A stretch of DNA of 59,935 nt, the filler included, from Circinaria calcarea (lineage: Eukaryota): NCBI GenBank assembly GCA_051942165.1. It is 12 parts of 12 records of this genome, joined end to end, with 100 filler letters (N's around TTAATTAATTAA, not from the genome) between each part and the next. Parts side by side here need not be neighbours in the genome. Positions count along the whole stretch, not along the records: positions 25,057 to 29,960 come from JAVECS010002128.1; positions 30,061 to 34,959 come from JAVECS010002129.1; positions 35,060 to 39,955 come from JAVECS010002130.1; 9 more parts are not named here. One strand, written 5' to 3'. The notes beneath the pieces were generated by a model, which searched no databases, was not told the DNA's origin, and worked only from the letters and a program-made list of their open reading frames with translations. Position 1 is the stretch's first letter, and every line of letters begins with the position of its first letter. The translations under genes and the position numbers were made by a program. Positions 25,557 through 38,590 of the stretch are shown one piece after another.

Positions 25557-25976
25557 CGTCATGGTTCTATAATGTCGAACTAGGCACATACATGCAGAAG
25601 CACGTGTTTACGTGAGCTATTACGCGAGTAATTAATGTGGTGGAACACACAAAAAGCGTTGTTTTTCTCTCTACGAATCCATAGATTTTTCATACTTCAC
25701 GTAGATTTCGCCCATACTGAAATACTACACACGAATTGCCTCATTTACTGCATTGTGAATACGTAACAGAAGACGCCCAATTACACTACACTTTATCGAG
25801 TATCTACAGATCTCGTAAAGTTCAACAATATAATACGTTAAGCTCACCTTGCTTAACCTTCATGAGCATACCAGTACTGAGCAACCTGAGCAACCGGTCC
25901 CGGGGTTCCGCCGTTCCCGAGCTAGTCTGTCCCTGGTATGGCACTAGTATGGCACTATGGCACGCACGCCGTAACA
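25557..25976. mobile_element. Second related solo-LTR-like relic
   Basis: Starts CGTCATGGTTCTATAA and ends CGCCGTAACA; shares its start and the TGAGCAACC...GGTCCC...CGCCRTAACA end block with 25159-25397. Confidence 0.45.
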
Positions 25977-26242
25977 AAATGGGAATGGGAATACTTATTT
26001 CGGTAAAATTAATAAACGAAAAGGAAGGAACGGGAGTGTAAATGTTGGAAACTGGTCAAAATGATAAAAATCAAAATGGGAGAGAATTGTGTATTTAGGG
26101 GGGTATCTATCCTATCCCATCATATCCCATCATATCCTATCCTGTTCTCCCTCGACATAGAATATTCCCGCACTGAATCCGCAGAGTACCACCCCTCCCT
26201 TTCCCAATCCCCATTCCTAACTAAACCCCTTCCAGCCTTATT

Positions 26243-28196
26243 TTACCCCCAAACCGCATCTTTCCCTCTCCCGCCTCCACTCACAGCCGGTGGACTCGTC
26301 AGCACATAATCCCACACCTCCTCCCCATCCACAAACAGCCGAAACTTCAAAAGACTCTGCTCCCGACCCGCCAGGTTCGAAATCTCCACGGCGGCGAACT
26401 TGGAGTTGCCGTCGGGCAGATACTTGATGCAGACCTCGTCTTCGCCGGCGACTTCGCGGTACGTCCGGAAGGGCAGGTAAAACATGCTCAAGGGACTGGT
26501 ACTGAATTCGTGAATGGTGGCGCTCAGAGGGTATTTGCTCCGCTGGGGCGGTGGAAAGGCAGTCGCGGCGAACTCGTGCCGGTCGCCGCTGAGAACAATG
26601 ACGCCGACGCCGTCGCTGCGCAGACCGACGTCCCACATGGCTTCAAGGATGATTCGACGTTCATAGAGATAGCCGGCCCAGGTATCTGCGGCGTTAAAGC
26701 GCCAATTGCGGGTGAATGGAATGGAAGAAACCACAATTTTCCACTTTACCCCAGGGGGATCGCGACGGGAGAGGAATTTCAGCAAGGACGATAACTGGCC
26801 TCTTCCGAGCATGGACTTCTCCGGCGAGGATGGATCGGCATCGGATTCTGAGGTCCGATAGCGACGAGTGTCCATCATGAAAAAGGAGGCTGGTCCTTGA
26901 GTGAATTCAAAATACGTGGCTCCGGGTCTCGAGGGAGGGGGATTGACAGAGCCTAGATAGTGGTTCCATGGATCCACAGCTGCTGGATAGGGTGCCGTAA
27001 TGTTTTGATCCCAGTCGTTTGCGATTTCGTGGTCATCAATGACATGTAACCATGGCAGTGAATTAGAGACCGCTGGCCAGTCTGGGGAATTATAAACTTG
27101 ACGATATTCTCGGCGGTAGGTTTCTTCATCTGTGCCGAAGCGGTGAGGCACGTCGATGTAGATAAAGTCGCCGAGGAAGAGCATAAACGAGGGGTGCAGG
27201 GAAGGTATCCATTTTGCCAAATGCTTGGAGCCGGGGATACTCAAGGGATGAGCTAATGGGTTGTATGGGAAACGCGGCTTGATGCAGCTCGAGGTAAGGA
27301 AAGTAAAGACATTTGTATTGGGCCAAGTTCGTCCCACCGGAGGCGCCGTTGTAAAGTATCCACTGTGATTGTTTGAAGATCCATACTGATAACGCGTTGA
27401 ATGACGGAGATGGTGTATCCCGAGAGGATAGGTAAAATCGGTGTCGTTCGAAAGCCAATAAATCTGTCCTGCCGATTTCCAAGAGTCATTGAGCAACGAG
27501 CTGTCCTGCGTCCCTACAGCAGGTGCCTCCCTATATGAGATGTAGATTGGAAGCTGAGAAGTATCAGGCTCGCGCATGACGATGTTTGCGCTATCCTGCG
27601 AGACGAAGCCAACCCGCGCAAAGGAGAGATCATGACTTTGATGTTGTAATGGACCACGCAAGATCAGATCAGCGACCGAGGAGAAAAGTGCCAGGTTGAT
27701 CGCGAGCGTAGCAAGGCTCCATAGAATCGACGAAGGGCTTGGTAGGCCAGTGAACAGTGTCTTGAGGATCTGCGGACTGCGCTCGGCCAGTGTTATGGTC
27801 TCTTGGATATTCAACTCCGGCTCTCCATCGTCGTCTCCAGGCCCTTCACCGATGACAATGTGCTCAGGAAGAGAAGCTTCGGAGGGGAGGAGAGGAGCCT
27901 TTCCACCCTGGTTGCCCCTTCCGCCATCTGTGTACACAATCTCGAGTTCATCCTGCACCACTTCCAGCGGCGACGTTGCTCTCCATGTCGCCACAAAGGA
28001 GAGAAGGTACACGATAAATGAGGCGAGAATCAGGATGGGGAAATGGTGACCGGGTATCTACCGTAGAAGTAGTTAGTGGCGGCGCAATCACTGGTCGAGG
28101 TCGGTGAAATAGATGTACCCATCTCAGGAATATGTACGAGCAGACGCGCAACACGATTGAGCTGACGGCAGTCAAGGCAGTCAGGTATGAAGCCAT
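26243..28196 (-). CDS. PhoD-like alkaline phosphatase family membrane protein; intron 28058-28118
   Basis: FLTSSC, FMLFLGDFIYIDVP, VIDDHEIANDW, FFMMDTRRYR, DTWAGY and LSGDRHE metallophosphoesterase motifs, plus N-terminal TM segments. Confidence 0.9.
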
Positions 28197-28772
28197 TGCA
28201 GAATGACACGCTGAGCGACAGCGGTCATTTCCAATCGTTAGACTGGCATGACGTGTTTGGATGGTAACGGTGAACAGCGACAACGGGTGGAGTTGGTGAA
28301 CGGGCATGTTAGGCGAAACCGTTGACGTCATGTGTAGCGATTGATGTTGGGTGTAGCTGATGGTGTCACGTGTAGTTAAGAGAGATGTCCGTTTGATATA
28401 GAAAGTTCTTTTACGACGCTTACAGCGCGATAAGTCCTGAAGGAGTTATTCATTCCTATGTTTGCACGCTTTCCAGGCTTCACCACCCCATATCCTTAAC
28501 CACGCTCCCCTTGATCCCATGTCCGGCACAACGCATTCCAACTCCACTGGCTCGTGGTGTCTCCTGGTCGGGTCTACCGGTATGACTTAAGCGGTTACAG
28601 ATGCGAGCTTCTCCTCGTAGAGGAACAAAGTCACATACCCTCCCAACATTCCTTCCCTCACACAATTCCCTACACCGTCTATTCGCGCGTATCTTCCTTT
28701 CCCCCCAATGTCCGCCCTGGGAGGCATCCTCCTACCCAACCTTGATGTTGTCCTGTCCTAGACCTGAATCCC

Positions 28773-29960
28773 TCAAAGGCTTCCTTTGGTATGGGTGAAG
28801 TTGTCCCAAGAAGATTCTGGGTCACTAACCAACTTTGCAGCCGGGTTCGACAATGGCGTTTGTACCTTTTGGTTAACAAATCCTGTTTCCTCAGTTTTGA
28901 ATCCTATCCTGATTGGTATCTTGCCTAATCCCGTTATAGCAATCTGATGTACCAAGTTTAAAGGATCAACAGTCCACAGTTCCACGAATACCCGAAATTT
29001 GGTGTACTCGTGACCCTCTTGAAATTCTGTTCTGACTTTCAACAAATTTGGAAAGAAATTGTGAGAATGTTCAGTTGCCAGAATAGGATTGGAACATGAA
29101 GTTAGCACAGGGCCACTCCGGAAGCGAATCAGGAAACTGAAGTGCGAACAGATCAAGTCCATAGGCGTATTTTACAAGGGTCACTTCTTGTCCCATTATA
29201 CATGGGGCTTCCGGCTCCCTGTTGTATATTTGCCGAAGAAAGAAAGCCTCCATGAGTGATTTCTTCATGGACCACGTCTTAAGTTGCTGGGTCAGTCAGC
29301 GCGCCTGGCATGGCAGTTTTGCTCACTGACTTCCATTAATCGGGAACCATTATTCATTTGGAAGGAATCCTTCAACAGGTGGCAATTGCATTTGCGGGAT
29401 GGTACCAATCACTCGAATGGATGCTTCCCAAAAGGTAAGGCTTCTCAAGATCTCAGAACTCCTCTCAACGTCTCGACTGCAGTTTTCCCTCTCTGGATTT
29501 CATTGGTGTGCTCTGGCGTAGTCGGTCCAGTACCCGAGGATTGCTGAAGCCAGGCTAAGAGATTCTGGAAACTCATCCCTTCGGAGCCGGTCACAGCAGT
29601 CTCAATCCCCGAGGATGGCAATGGCGTTTCATTTGTGTTGCTAGATATTTGCTGACGGGCCTCTGGTGGTCTGGTCATTGAATGTCGATGAGACGTAACA
29701 TTGTAACTCTGCGTTACTGGGTTACTCGTGACAGCAGTTGGATTGACTTCACTGGACGACTGTATCCCTAGCAAAGCCCAGCTCGTCGACCTGGCTTCTT
29801 CCGAGCTAGGATCCGGGGCATCCTGAGTACTGACATCCGCCGATGCTTGGGCTCCCGCCGAAGAGTGGGCATGGCTCGATGCAGTTTCCTCTAGCGGCTC
29901 AAGGTGATGGTGCATCATGTTTGGCATCGCTTCAACGGACTCCTCTGCATTTGGCCTGTC
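28773..29960 (-). pseudogene. Possible degenerate or fragmentary gene of unknown family
   Basis: Successive minus-strand ORFs (29927-29445, 29268-29071, 29162-28773) in different frames with an intron-like GTCAGT..CTGAC..CAG. No clean model could be built. Confidence 0.3.
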
Positions 29961-30061
29961 NNNNNNNNNNNNNNNNNNNNNNNNNNNNNNNNNNNNNNNN
30001 NNNNTTAATTAATTAANNNNNNNNNNNNNNNNNNNNNNNNNNNNNNNNNNNNNNNNNNNNC

Positions 30062-31009
30062 GTTACTTTTTCTCCTTCTACACCTGTCCCCCCCGTTTTT
30101 GACGTTACAAGGCGGATGAATGAATTGCAAGCGATGCTAAAAGATGATACTACCGTGTCCGACCAAAGGAAGAATATTGAAGTAGTCATCGATATGTACC
30201 AACGCAATATTTTACCTAAAAGGATCGGTGATATCACGTTTGTTCAGGATGGTCAAGTCTGTTCTGGTGTTCCCGACATGAAGAAACCTTTTTTGATGGA
30301 GGTATATTCATATACAGCAAGTTCCATATATAAAAGAATATCATTTTACTAATTCCTATTATAGGGTACTGGGATGCAAATGATGCAAAGCCCTGTAGGT
30401 ATACTCCTCACCGATGGAGTAGTCCCAGCCTCAGCTCTTATATCTCGGGCTGGGGCTGATTGTAGCGATTTTTCAGGTCGTCCAGGATCAGCAGTTAGCC
30501 CACTATGTTGCCTACGATCAGGCACCGTTTGCAGCTGGACATGAAGTATGACACCTTTTGCTAAGAGATTTGTTGGTAACCTGTTGAATTAGATTTTAGC
30601 ACGGATGAGACTCCCTGAGTACTATGGCGGAAACGGAAATGTGGTGAATGTTGCAATTTTGAACGATACCGGAAGCACTGTCCAAACCTTGTTCGACCCT
30701 GATTTAAATGCGATGGGTTATGATCCTTTGACCTACACTGGCAACAGCGGCCCGTTACAAATTCAAACAGCTAATGGAACTGTAACAAGACAATCGCTTT
30801 GGGTTGAAATGCAGCTAATGAAGCCCGACGGAACACCGACTTCGAGGTGGTTCCTAGAGCAGGGTATAGCTACTCCACTTGCGGGGAACCCGTCACGTCT
30901 GTCAGGTAGATTTCTCCGGCGGGAACTGTACTTTGCGACAGCGCCAGGAAACTACACGCTTTACGTCGCCCAGAACAAGAACGGGATTGTCAGACAGCTG
31001 CCAGTTTGA
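30062..31009 (+). CDS. Spliced protein with a C-terminal retropepsin-like (clan AA aspartic protease) domain; exons <30062-30301, 30365-30394, 30477-30545, 30593-31009
   Basis: All introns are GT-AG and phase-compatible. AILNDTGS catalytic-like motif, IQTANG flap-like motif and RLSG resembling the hydrophobic-Gly closing motif. Confidence 0.65.
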
Positions 31010-32134
31010 AGGACATTTGACCTTGGTGGCTTAGCCATCTTGCGAATGGAGGCTTTTGTGTATGCCGAGAAAGTTGTGGATGATCTCTTGAAAGGAACGA
31101 ATTAACAGATATGGAGGGGTGGATATATATTTATCGTGTGGTATACGGCGTCCTTATTTCCTATGAGTTGTACTCTTGGGCGGATTTAAAATATCTTTAA
31201 AATAATTTATTAATACCTAGAACACAGGAGTTATTTCTTTTAAAAAAACGGGGTTAGATATTATGAAAAAGTCGATATAAACTTCGTTGTTATTAAAAGA
31301 CCGGGGACAAGTGTTACGTCCCTTGAGGTCCCGTCCAAGCTGATTATATAACAGCCCAAGCGGCATAAAAAGCTATGAAAGGGGAAGATGAGAGATACCA
31401 CCTACCACCTAATTATCTTAGGAATGTTATTTCTTTGTTAGATCAACGTTCCTAGGCCTAATCGTATCACCAGTCAGGCTCAATCCGTCGGCTTCGACCA
31501 CAACAGTTGACTCATATGTGGCAGATACAGTCACATCATATCTAACTATGTGCGCAGGACTGAGGCGTAAATCGCCGAAATCCAGCATTTCAAGTTTGGG
31601 AGAGATCTGGAGTCTCGACAGTTGCAATGACGCAAAATAGCTTACCAACTAGCAATCGTCTGAAACGTAAGATGTATAATACCATCCTTTCCATCGCCGA
31701 GCGAGTCGTATTATCAATGCTGCATATGAATCACGCTAACGATAGGGTTGGCAACAGGGGTGCCTGCGCATAAGGATTGCTATCACGTAAGGTACGCCTG
31801 ACGATCTGATCACCCCCAGAGTAACAGGCGTGGGCCGCTTGCATATTTTGATGCACTGAGCCTCATTGACCATTTCCCGTGTGAGTCTTAATGGTGGGCA
31901 GCTGTAAGATTACACGAATCGGAGGACCTCAGCAGCCGAACCAATTGTCCCAGAGTAAAAAGGGTTGGGAGCGCAATTGGCAGGAATGAAAGGGTGTAGA
32001 AACTGCTAACCTCGTGTCTTCTCTCTTTCTTCCAACATCCTCCTCCACTTTCCTGCTACAGCGGTTACCAGGCTACTCCTGAAGCTATCGCTCTCTTTCC
32101 TGCAGGCACATTTGGGAAATCTACAGTGCGCAAT

Positions 32135-33531
32135 ATGGCCCCGTCAACGCTATCTCCATCGATGCTCAACTCGATCCCGGCTATGAAGCCTCCACCAGGC
32201 CTTGGACACAAGCCAGACTTCGCAAATCCTGCAATCGACGGCTCCAACGCGAATCAGACGATTGTCGTTCTGGGGTTCTTAACCGCCTTAACATTTGTGA
32301 TCCTGCTTCTTCGATTATACACCAAGATTTTTGTCCTGCGAACCCCAGGGTGGGATGACTGTGGGTACTCTATTATGCGACTCGCTATTAAACCGACTAA
32401 CACATTGACTGCAGACACGGCCATTGGCGCCACTGTAGGGTTTTGGTAGTCAAGTACGTCTAGTGTACTAATCCATCTATTATAGGTCGGCGCAGTTGCT
32501 TACGCCTCGTTGGTTATTTACGGTCAGTAATTGCCCCTACTAAATGAACTGACGGCTGATGCTCTGCAGTATTTTCTAATGGTTTCGGGGCCCATCAATG
32601 GAACGTCACTGTGGGAACCTTGCTCAAACTCACCAACGTACGACTCTATACGTTTCGTTGGTCTCGAAGCATGTTGGGCTAGCTCCAATTTAGCACTTGA
32701 ATGCGATCCTTTATATCTACAAACCGTTTATGTTATTAGCAAAGCTTTCTCTTTGCATTTTCTTCCTCAATCTCTTTGGTAACAAACAGGGAATGCGGTG
32801 GGCGATTTACTTCGCTATCGCTTACAACGTGGTCCTGCAAGTGTTGGCGTTCTTCTTATCAATATTCCTCTGCCTCCCTGGCCGGCCGGAATTCTTGCAG
32901 TGCTCCAGCAAAGTCTCAGTCTTAGGCGTCGTCACGAGCGGTTTCAACATTTTCAGTGATTTCTATTTACTTATCCTGCCATTCTTTGCTGTCTCACAGC
33001 TGCAAATGCGAACAAGACGGAAGGTTACCGTACTTTTGATCTTTATCATTGGAACTCTGTTAGTACTCCTATTGGTATGCTATTCTAAATACTTGTTCAT
33101 GTTCCAGAGCTTGCGTATCTAGTATCCTCGGTTTTATTTACCGCCTGAAACAGAACAGCAGCGCCGACGTATCATGGAACTTTGCCCCAGAGATTATCCT
33201 CGTGTAAGCGAGATTCTTCTATATTTCACGAATAACAACTTACAGCATATACAGAACATTCGAGCTTGAAGCTACAATTATGGTCGGCTGCTTCCTTGTT
33301 TTTCCAGCGCTTTTCAGGTCGAAGCATCCACTTAGCTTTAATTCGCTGTGGTCTAATCGGTCGACGTTGCTTAGACGCTCTTCTTCGAGCTCGAGGATGC
33401 CGATAAACCGGAGCTTATTTGATAAAGGTGCCAGCGAAAAACGGTCTTTGGACTCGATGAAAGTTTCAAAGACCTCGACCCCTAGCAGTAGCAACTTGCG
33501 GTCAAAAATTGAAGCGACGGAAATAGCCTAA
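32135..33531 (+). CDS. PTH11-like (fungal rhodopsin-domain) integral membrane protein without CFEM, 7 exons
   Basis: PPPG..PDFANP, LRLYTK..GWDD, GAHQWNV, LAKLS, FNIFSDFYLLILP and ELEATIMVGC motifs; splicing is consistent to TAA at 33531. Confidence 0.85.
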
Positions 33532-34108
33532 AAGGGCATACCAATTATAATATACAGCTGATATTTAAAGCAATAAAGATATAATGAAAAGCAAAGCATA
33601 TAGCTTGTTTAGCTCGCAACCGGTACTCTTCCGTTTAAAATACCAGAATGTATTTAATTACCTCAATCTGCGCCTCGGAGCAATGCGTGTAAATCTAGAA
33701 ATACCAAGCAGTTTTCTAAATAATATTGAATGCACTGGAAGAGCAAGTGATTAATTTAAATACATAGGCCCTTTCAAGCTCCTAAAGCTACTTGCTTGAA
33801 TGGGGACGGGTTGGGCACATGGCGTGGTTCCTAATTAGCGTCAGAAAGAATATAGCGGGAGAAATTGCGCAGAATCACCAGGCGGGTACGAACGGAGTAA
33901 ACGCAGGGCCGGGTGTAATCAAGATACCGCCAAACACGAGCCCCTAAAAACCCCCTTTATGCACGCCGATATATATAGAATACATAGCTGAACTGTACTT
34001 AACTATGTATAATATGCAGACCTACCACGTGATTATTATACATTATTATATAATTAAAGTCCTTCCCAAGCAAGCTTGCGAGCGTCTTCACGATTCCCAA
34101 CCTTCAGT

Positions 34109-34330
34109 ATGGCGTTCAACTTTCTCGCCATCGAATTTCCTCTAGTACCACCTCACGCGCTCCTATTTGAGCTCCTCGTTGGCTCCACAGCTATCGGCTT
34201 CACTCGTCCTAAATCACTCTTGCGGCCGGCCGCTCTCCCTGTCATTACGGTATCTGTATACGCTATTATATCCACCGCTCCTCGGTAATTGTACCCCGCT
34301 ACTAGACCTACCAGTCTAGTACCCGTTAAT
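34109..34330 (+). pseudogene. 5' remnant of a TRI7/wax-synthase-like membrane O-acyltransferase gene
   Basis: MAFNF...TAIGFTRPKSLLRPAALP resembles TRI7-type N-termini. TAA at 34286-34288, then an abrupt switch to AT-rich DNA. Confidence 0.45.
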
Positions 34331-34959
34331 CGCTTAATAATAATTAATCGCATAATAGAAAATTAATTATATTTAATTTATTATATAAATTATATTATAT
34401 ATATATCTTAATATAGTTTTTTTATATTAATTAATTAAAAAATTGAAATACGGTGTATTTTTAATAATTAATTATTATAATTATAATTATAGCACCTAAT
34501 AAGGCTTAACGTAATAATAATAATATATTTCTATTAATAGAACGTAATTAATTAAATAATTTTTAATATAATAATAATTTTATTAATAAATCGTGTAATA
34601 ATATTTATTTATATTATTTAATTATTATTATAATTTTAATATAATAATAAACCGTTTCGCGGGCCGGGTTAAAGCCGGGATTATATAATTTACCCGCTCC
34701 GCGGGTCGGGATAAACCGAAATTATATAATTTATAATATATTTAATTTCCGTTGCGTGTGGGGATTTCATTTCTATATTTAAATTATAATAAATATTAAA
34801 ATCTAAATTCAGTTCTTAATATATTTATATTAAGGTTCTACCCGAGATCCCCTACGAACCCTACGCGTGAACTATACCCCGAGGTCACGAGGTGTAGGCT
34901 TAGCGAGAAGGTTTTTTTCGCGAAGCGTTACACCAGAATTCTTTAGCAATAATTTATAC
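34330..34959. mobile_element. Very AT-rich, RIP-degenerated repeat/transposon relic
   Basis: Strong TpA excess, near absence of CpA/TpG, retained CpG/CCGG islands, internal duplicated unit (CGCGGGYCGGG.TAAA.C.GRRATTATATAATTTA); runs to contig end. Confidence 0.65.
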
Positions 34960-35059
34960 NNNNNNNNNNNNNNNNNNNNNNNNNNNNNNNNNNNNNNNNN
35001 NNNTTAATTAATTAANNNNNNNNNNNNNNNNNNNNNNNNNNNNNNNNNNNNNNNNNNNN

Positions 35060-38000
35060 TCCATCATCATGCTGGTCAATGCGGTGTTGGCCTTGTCCTT
35101 GAAGCCAGACGCCATTGTCCGGCCGTTGCAGATGATGACCGTTCCGAACTTGCCCCGAGTCGCTCCCACACAGAGGCGGTTGGAATTCCGCAAATGGGAG
35201 GTGATTCCTGTATAGCTTCCCTCGGTCCGCGAGAGAGCAGCGGCAGCGACCAGGTCGATAATGGTCACATCTGCTTCCTGTCCTTGGTAGGAGTCCACCG
35301 TTGCCACCGTCTCCGCGAGGGGTTCGTCCATGTCGCGCCTCAACGCGATCGTCTTAATCTGTCCTCGGTAGTAAGTGAGGATGGAGATTTGCCGTTCTCT
35401 GACGCCGTGGTCGATCAAACGCTTGACGAGCTTCAGGATCGCGTCGGCGTTGGGGTAATTCTGCAGCGAAGTTCCTTGCGCCTCCACCCTTGATCGGCCG
35501 TTGACGACATCAATGAAGAAATACTCGGATCCAGGACGGATACCGTAGATCCGGGAAACTTCCCGCACGGCGGCTCTTGTGGGGTTGTCCTGCTTCACGA
35601 GCTCCGAGTCCACGAGATCTCCGTGGTAGAAGTACCTCGATGGCCATTGCGAAATTGCCGGACACATTCGGAATTGCATGTTCAGGACGATGGGGTTGAC
35701 CCCTTTCGCCACCATCAGCTCAAACAGAGATGTCCCGTAATTGGGACCGGCTTCATTCTTGCCCGCGGAGACATGGGTTGGCGCCAATTGCTTTTCATCG
35801 CCCACGATATAGGCGGCGTCCCATCTGCTGTAGTGTGTCAGAGGGATCAGCGTGGTGGCCAGGGTGGCTTGAGCGGCCTCGTCGATGATGACCACGGTTG
35901 CTCTAAACTGCCCTGTAGCATCTTCCCAGCCGGAATTGGTGCATGTGGTTATGAGCACATCCGCCTCCCTGATCGCCCGCTCTTCAAGTACCCTTTGAAT
36001 GTCGACGAGAAATTGCTGGGCCGCTCTGCTGACCGGCTCGACATCATCTTTGACCTTTTGAATCAGTTGTTTATAATTCCTTACGGTCTTGAATGCCTTG
36101 TCGAGAGTGCCCTCGCGCTCCATGGTAGCCACATCGCTTTCGCTGTATTGCTCGAATGGTTTGCAAATCCCAGCGACGATTTCTTCGACACGGAAAGGCA
36201 TCGAAGCCGCAATCGGGAACGTCTTGACAGATTGTTTTCCTTCTCTCATCTGGCTGTAATCGCACGCGAGGCTCGTAACGCCTGTGGTCAAGTCCTCCGA
36301 CTGGTTGACTTCCAATTCCGCTGCTTTGGCTAACACCTCTCCCAGGAATATGTCGAGGTCGTGATCAGCTGCCTGCTCTTGGGCTGCTTTGGACAGCGTC
36401 GGCTCATTTGGATCATGGGCGCGGACATCACCGACGGTGGTCGCAGTGGCTTTCATCTCCGCGACTGTCTCTAAACGCAGATACTTGAGATTCTTGAGCC
36501 ACTCAGGCTTCAAGGCGTGTATCTTGTGCGCGTTTTCATCGACCGCACCGTTACTCGGGGCAACCACAAGGACCTTGTGCCCAATAACGACCAGAAGATA
36601 TACCAAAGTCGCTATTGTTAAGGATTTCCCCGAACCCGGAGCACCTCGAACAAGTTGAATCAGGTTCGATATGTGGGTGGCAGACTCGAGTACGGCGAGT
36701 TGTCTATCATATATAATTGACCTATAGCCGTCGAGATACTGTTGGTATTTCTTTTGGTTTCGTCGTTGTTTATTAATCGAAAGTTGTGCCGCTGATGGAC
36801 CTTTTGTCAGATCGGTCAATCTTCTTGTCCCCATCATATCCGGCTTTCCCATAATCGTTTCTCGAATGATTTCCAGTTCGGGTCGTCCATCGAATAACTT
36901 TCGAATTGCCTGAATTTCCCGAGTGACAGGTGTGTCATTGAACTGGGGTTGAAGCCAGACATTGATCATCTTCTTGGGGTCCAATATATCGACGGAATCG
37001 TTGACGAGCTGTAGCTCGGCGCTGTTCGGCCTAGTTACCTGTAAGCAGAAATCCGCAGAGGTTTTTGCCATCGCTCCGGGATCAGGAGTGACGACCCTAC
37101 CAAACCAGGGACGGCTGTTTGAATCTCGAATGAAATTCGCTTTGCCGCCTCGGTATATAATCTGGCCAAAGTCCAGATTTATGATTTCCCCCCCTGGGGG
37201 AACCGTTTCCTTGAAGCCTGTGTTATCCGGGGTCAGGAAAATATAGGCCTTGAATGTTTTTTTAAATTCATCCTTGACCTTCTGAGGCACAATCTTGGGT
37301 GCTATATCTTTGACTGTGTTGCCCTGGCTTAGGGTGACGGGCGGCATTTTACCGACTCGTACCAGTTGAACACGATGAGGTCTTATTGCCAAGTGCATAA
37401 CCCGGCCTTCTTGGAACTGGGCCTCTCTAACAGCTCCTACTTCCGTGAACAGGCGAGCTTCCGCTGGCTCCCGGAAGTAATGCTTCTCAGCCAAGGTATG
37501 GAACGCAATCGGGCCCCTAGTCATATCGATAACCCTTTTCTTGTCCTTGCCCTCGCCTATTTCCTTTGTCGGGTATTTGGCGTACATACCACCTTGGAAT
37601 ACATCGATTTTCTCCATTGTACGGAGGTCCACAATATAGTCCCCATTCTCGTCCATGTATTGATACAACGTTGGCAGCTGATATTGAACTGCGTGTTGGA
37701 AAGGGATAAAGGATTTGTTGATAAAATCTTCAAGCCTTGGAGTAGCAAGAAACCAAATTGATATTAACGAATTGCCCTTAGCAATTTCATCCAATACCCC
37801 GACGACGTCGGGATGTTTAGGCTTCAGAATTTTCCAGACCTCACTGCTTGCTTCGACACCATCGATTACCAATTTCTCGGTGAAATTGCTATAAAAGTTA
37901 ACACAGAATAATTTTTTATCACTATCTGCTGTAAGAGAATTTAATAGCGATTTCGATGGTACGTCGACTTCATCGTAATTATGGCGGTCTTCCCAGTTGA

Positions 38001-38529
38001 AGCCTCTCAAGTCTTTAATATCCCCTGGGCCAGGTGTCCATACAAACTCACAAGTCTTGTATTCTTGCAAATAGTTCTGCGCCGCATCAATTACTTTACC
38101 TAGGACCTTGGTGATATCGAAGCGTATGCAGAGTTTGGGTTGGCCAAAACGTCCCCCATCGATACCAACACTAATTCTGTAGTCGAGTGGTTTCCCGTGA
38201 AAGGCTCCAAACCAATGACCTAGGGTCGTTGCTAATACGCATTGCCTGAACTTGATTTCTTCAATGTCTCGGAATGGTAGCGGCGGCGGCGGGATTCTTT
38301 TATTTCCAATTGCCATGTTGGACTCCACCTGAGATGTCAAGGCCTTAACAGCCTCGTCGTCTTCATCTGCACGAGGGGTTTTGAGGGCGCTGTCGGAAGG
38401 ATCTTGTGGTAGCTGGTGCTTCCGAGATCGTATATCCGCCATTATCGCATCCTGCAGTGGATGCCTTGTACGTTGATCTGGCTTAGTGGTCTCCAATGCC
38501 ATGGGGTTTAATGTGTCGTTAGACGACAT
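35060..38529 (-). CDS. Upf1/DNA2/Nam7-like superfamily 1 helicase, intronless, over 1150 aa, 3' truncated
   Basis: Motif I GAPGSGKS, Ia VVAPSNGAVD, II IIDEAAQ, III VGDEKQLAP, IV LNMQFRM, V TVDSYQGQEAD, VI NRLCVGATRGK. Confidence 0.9.
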
Positions 38530-38590
38530 TGTTCAGAATACCTAAAGGATGAAACCTTTGGTAAAGAGGGTGTAGAACACGGAAGGAGGA

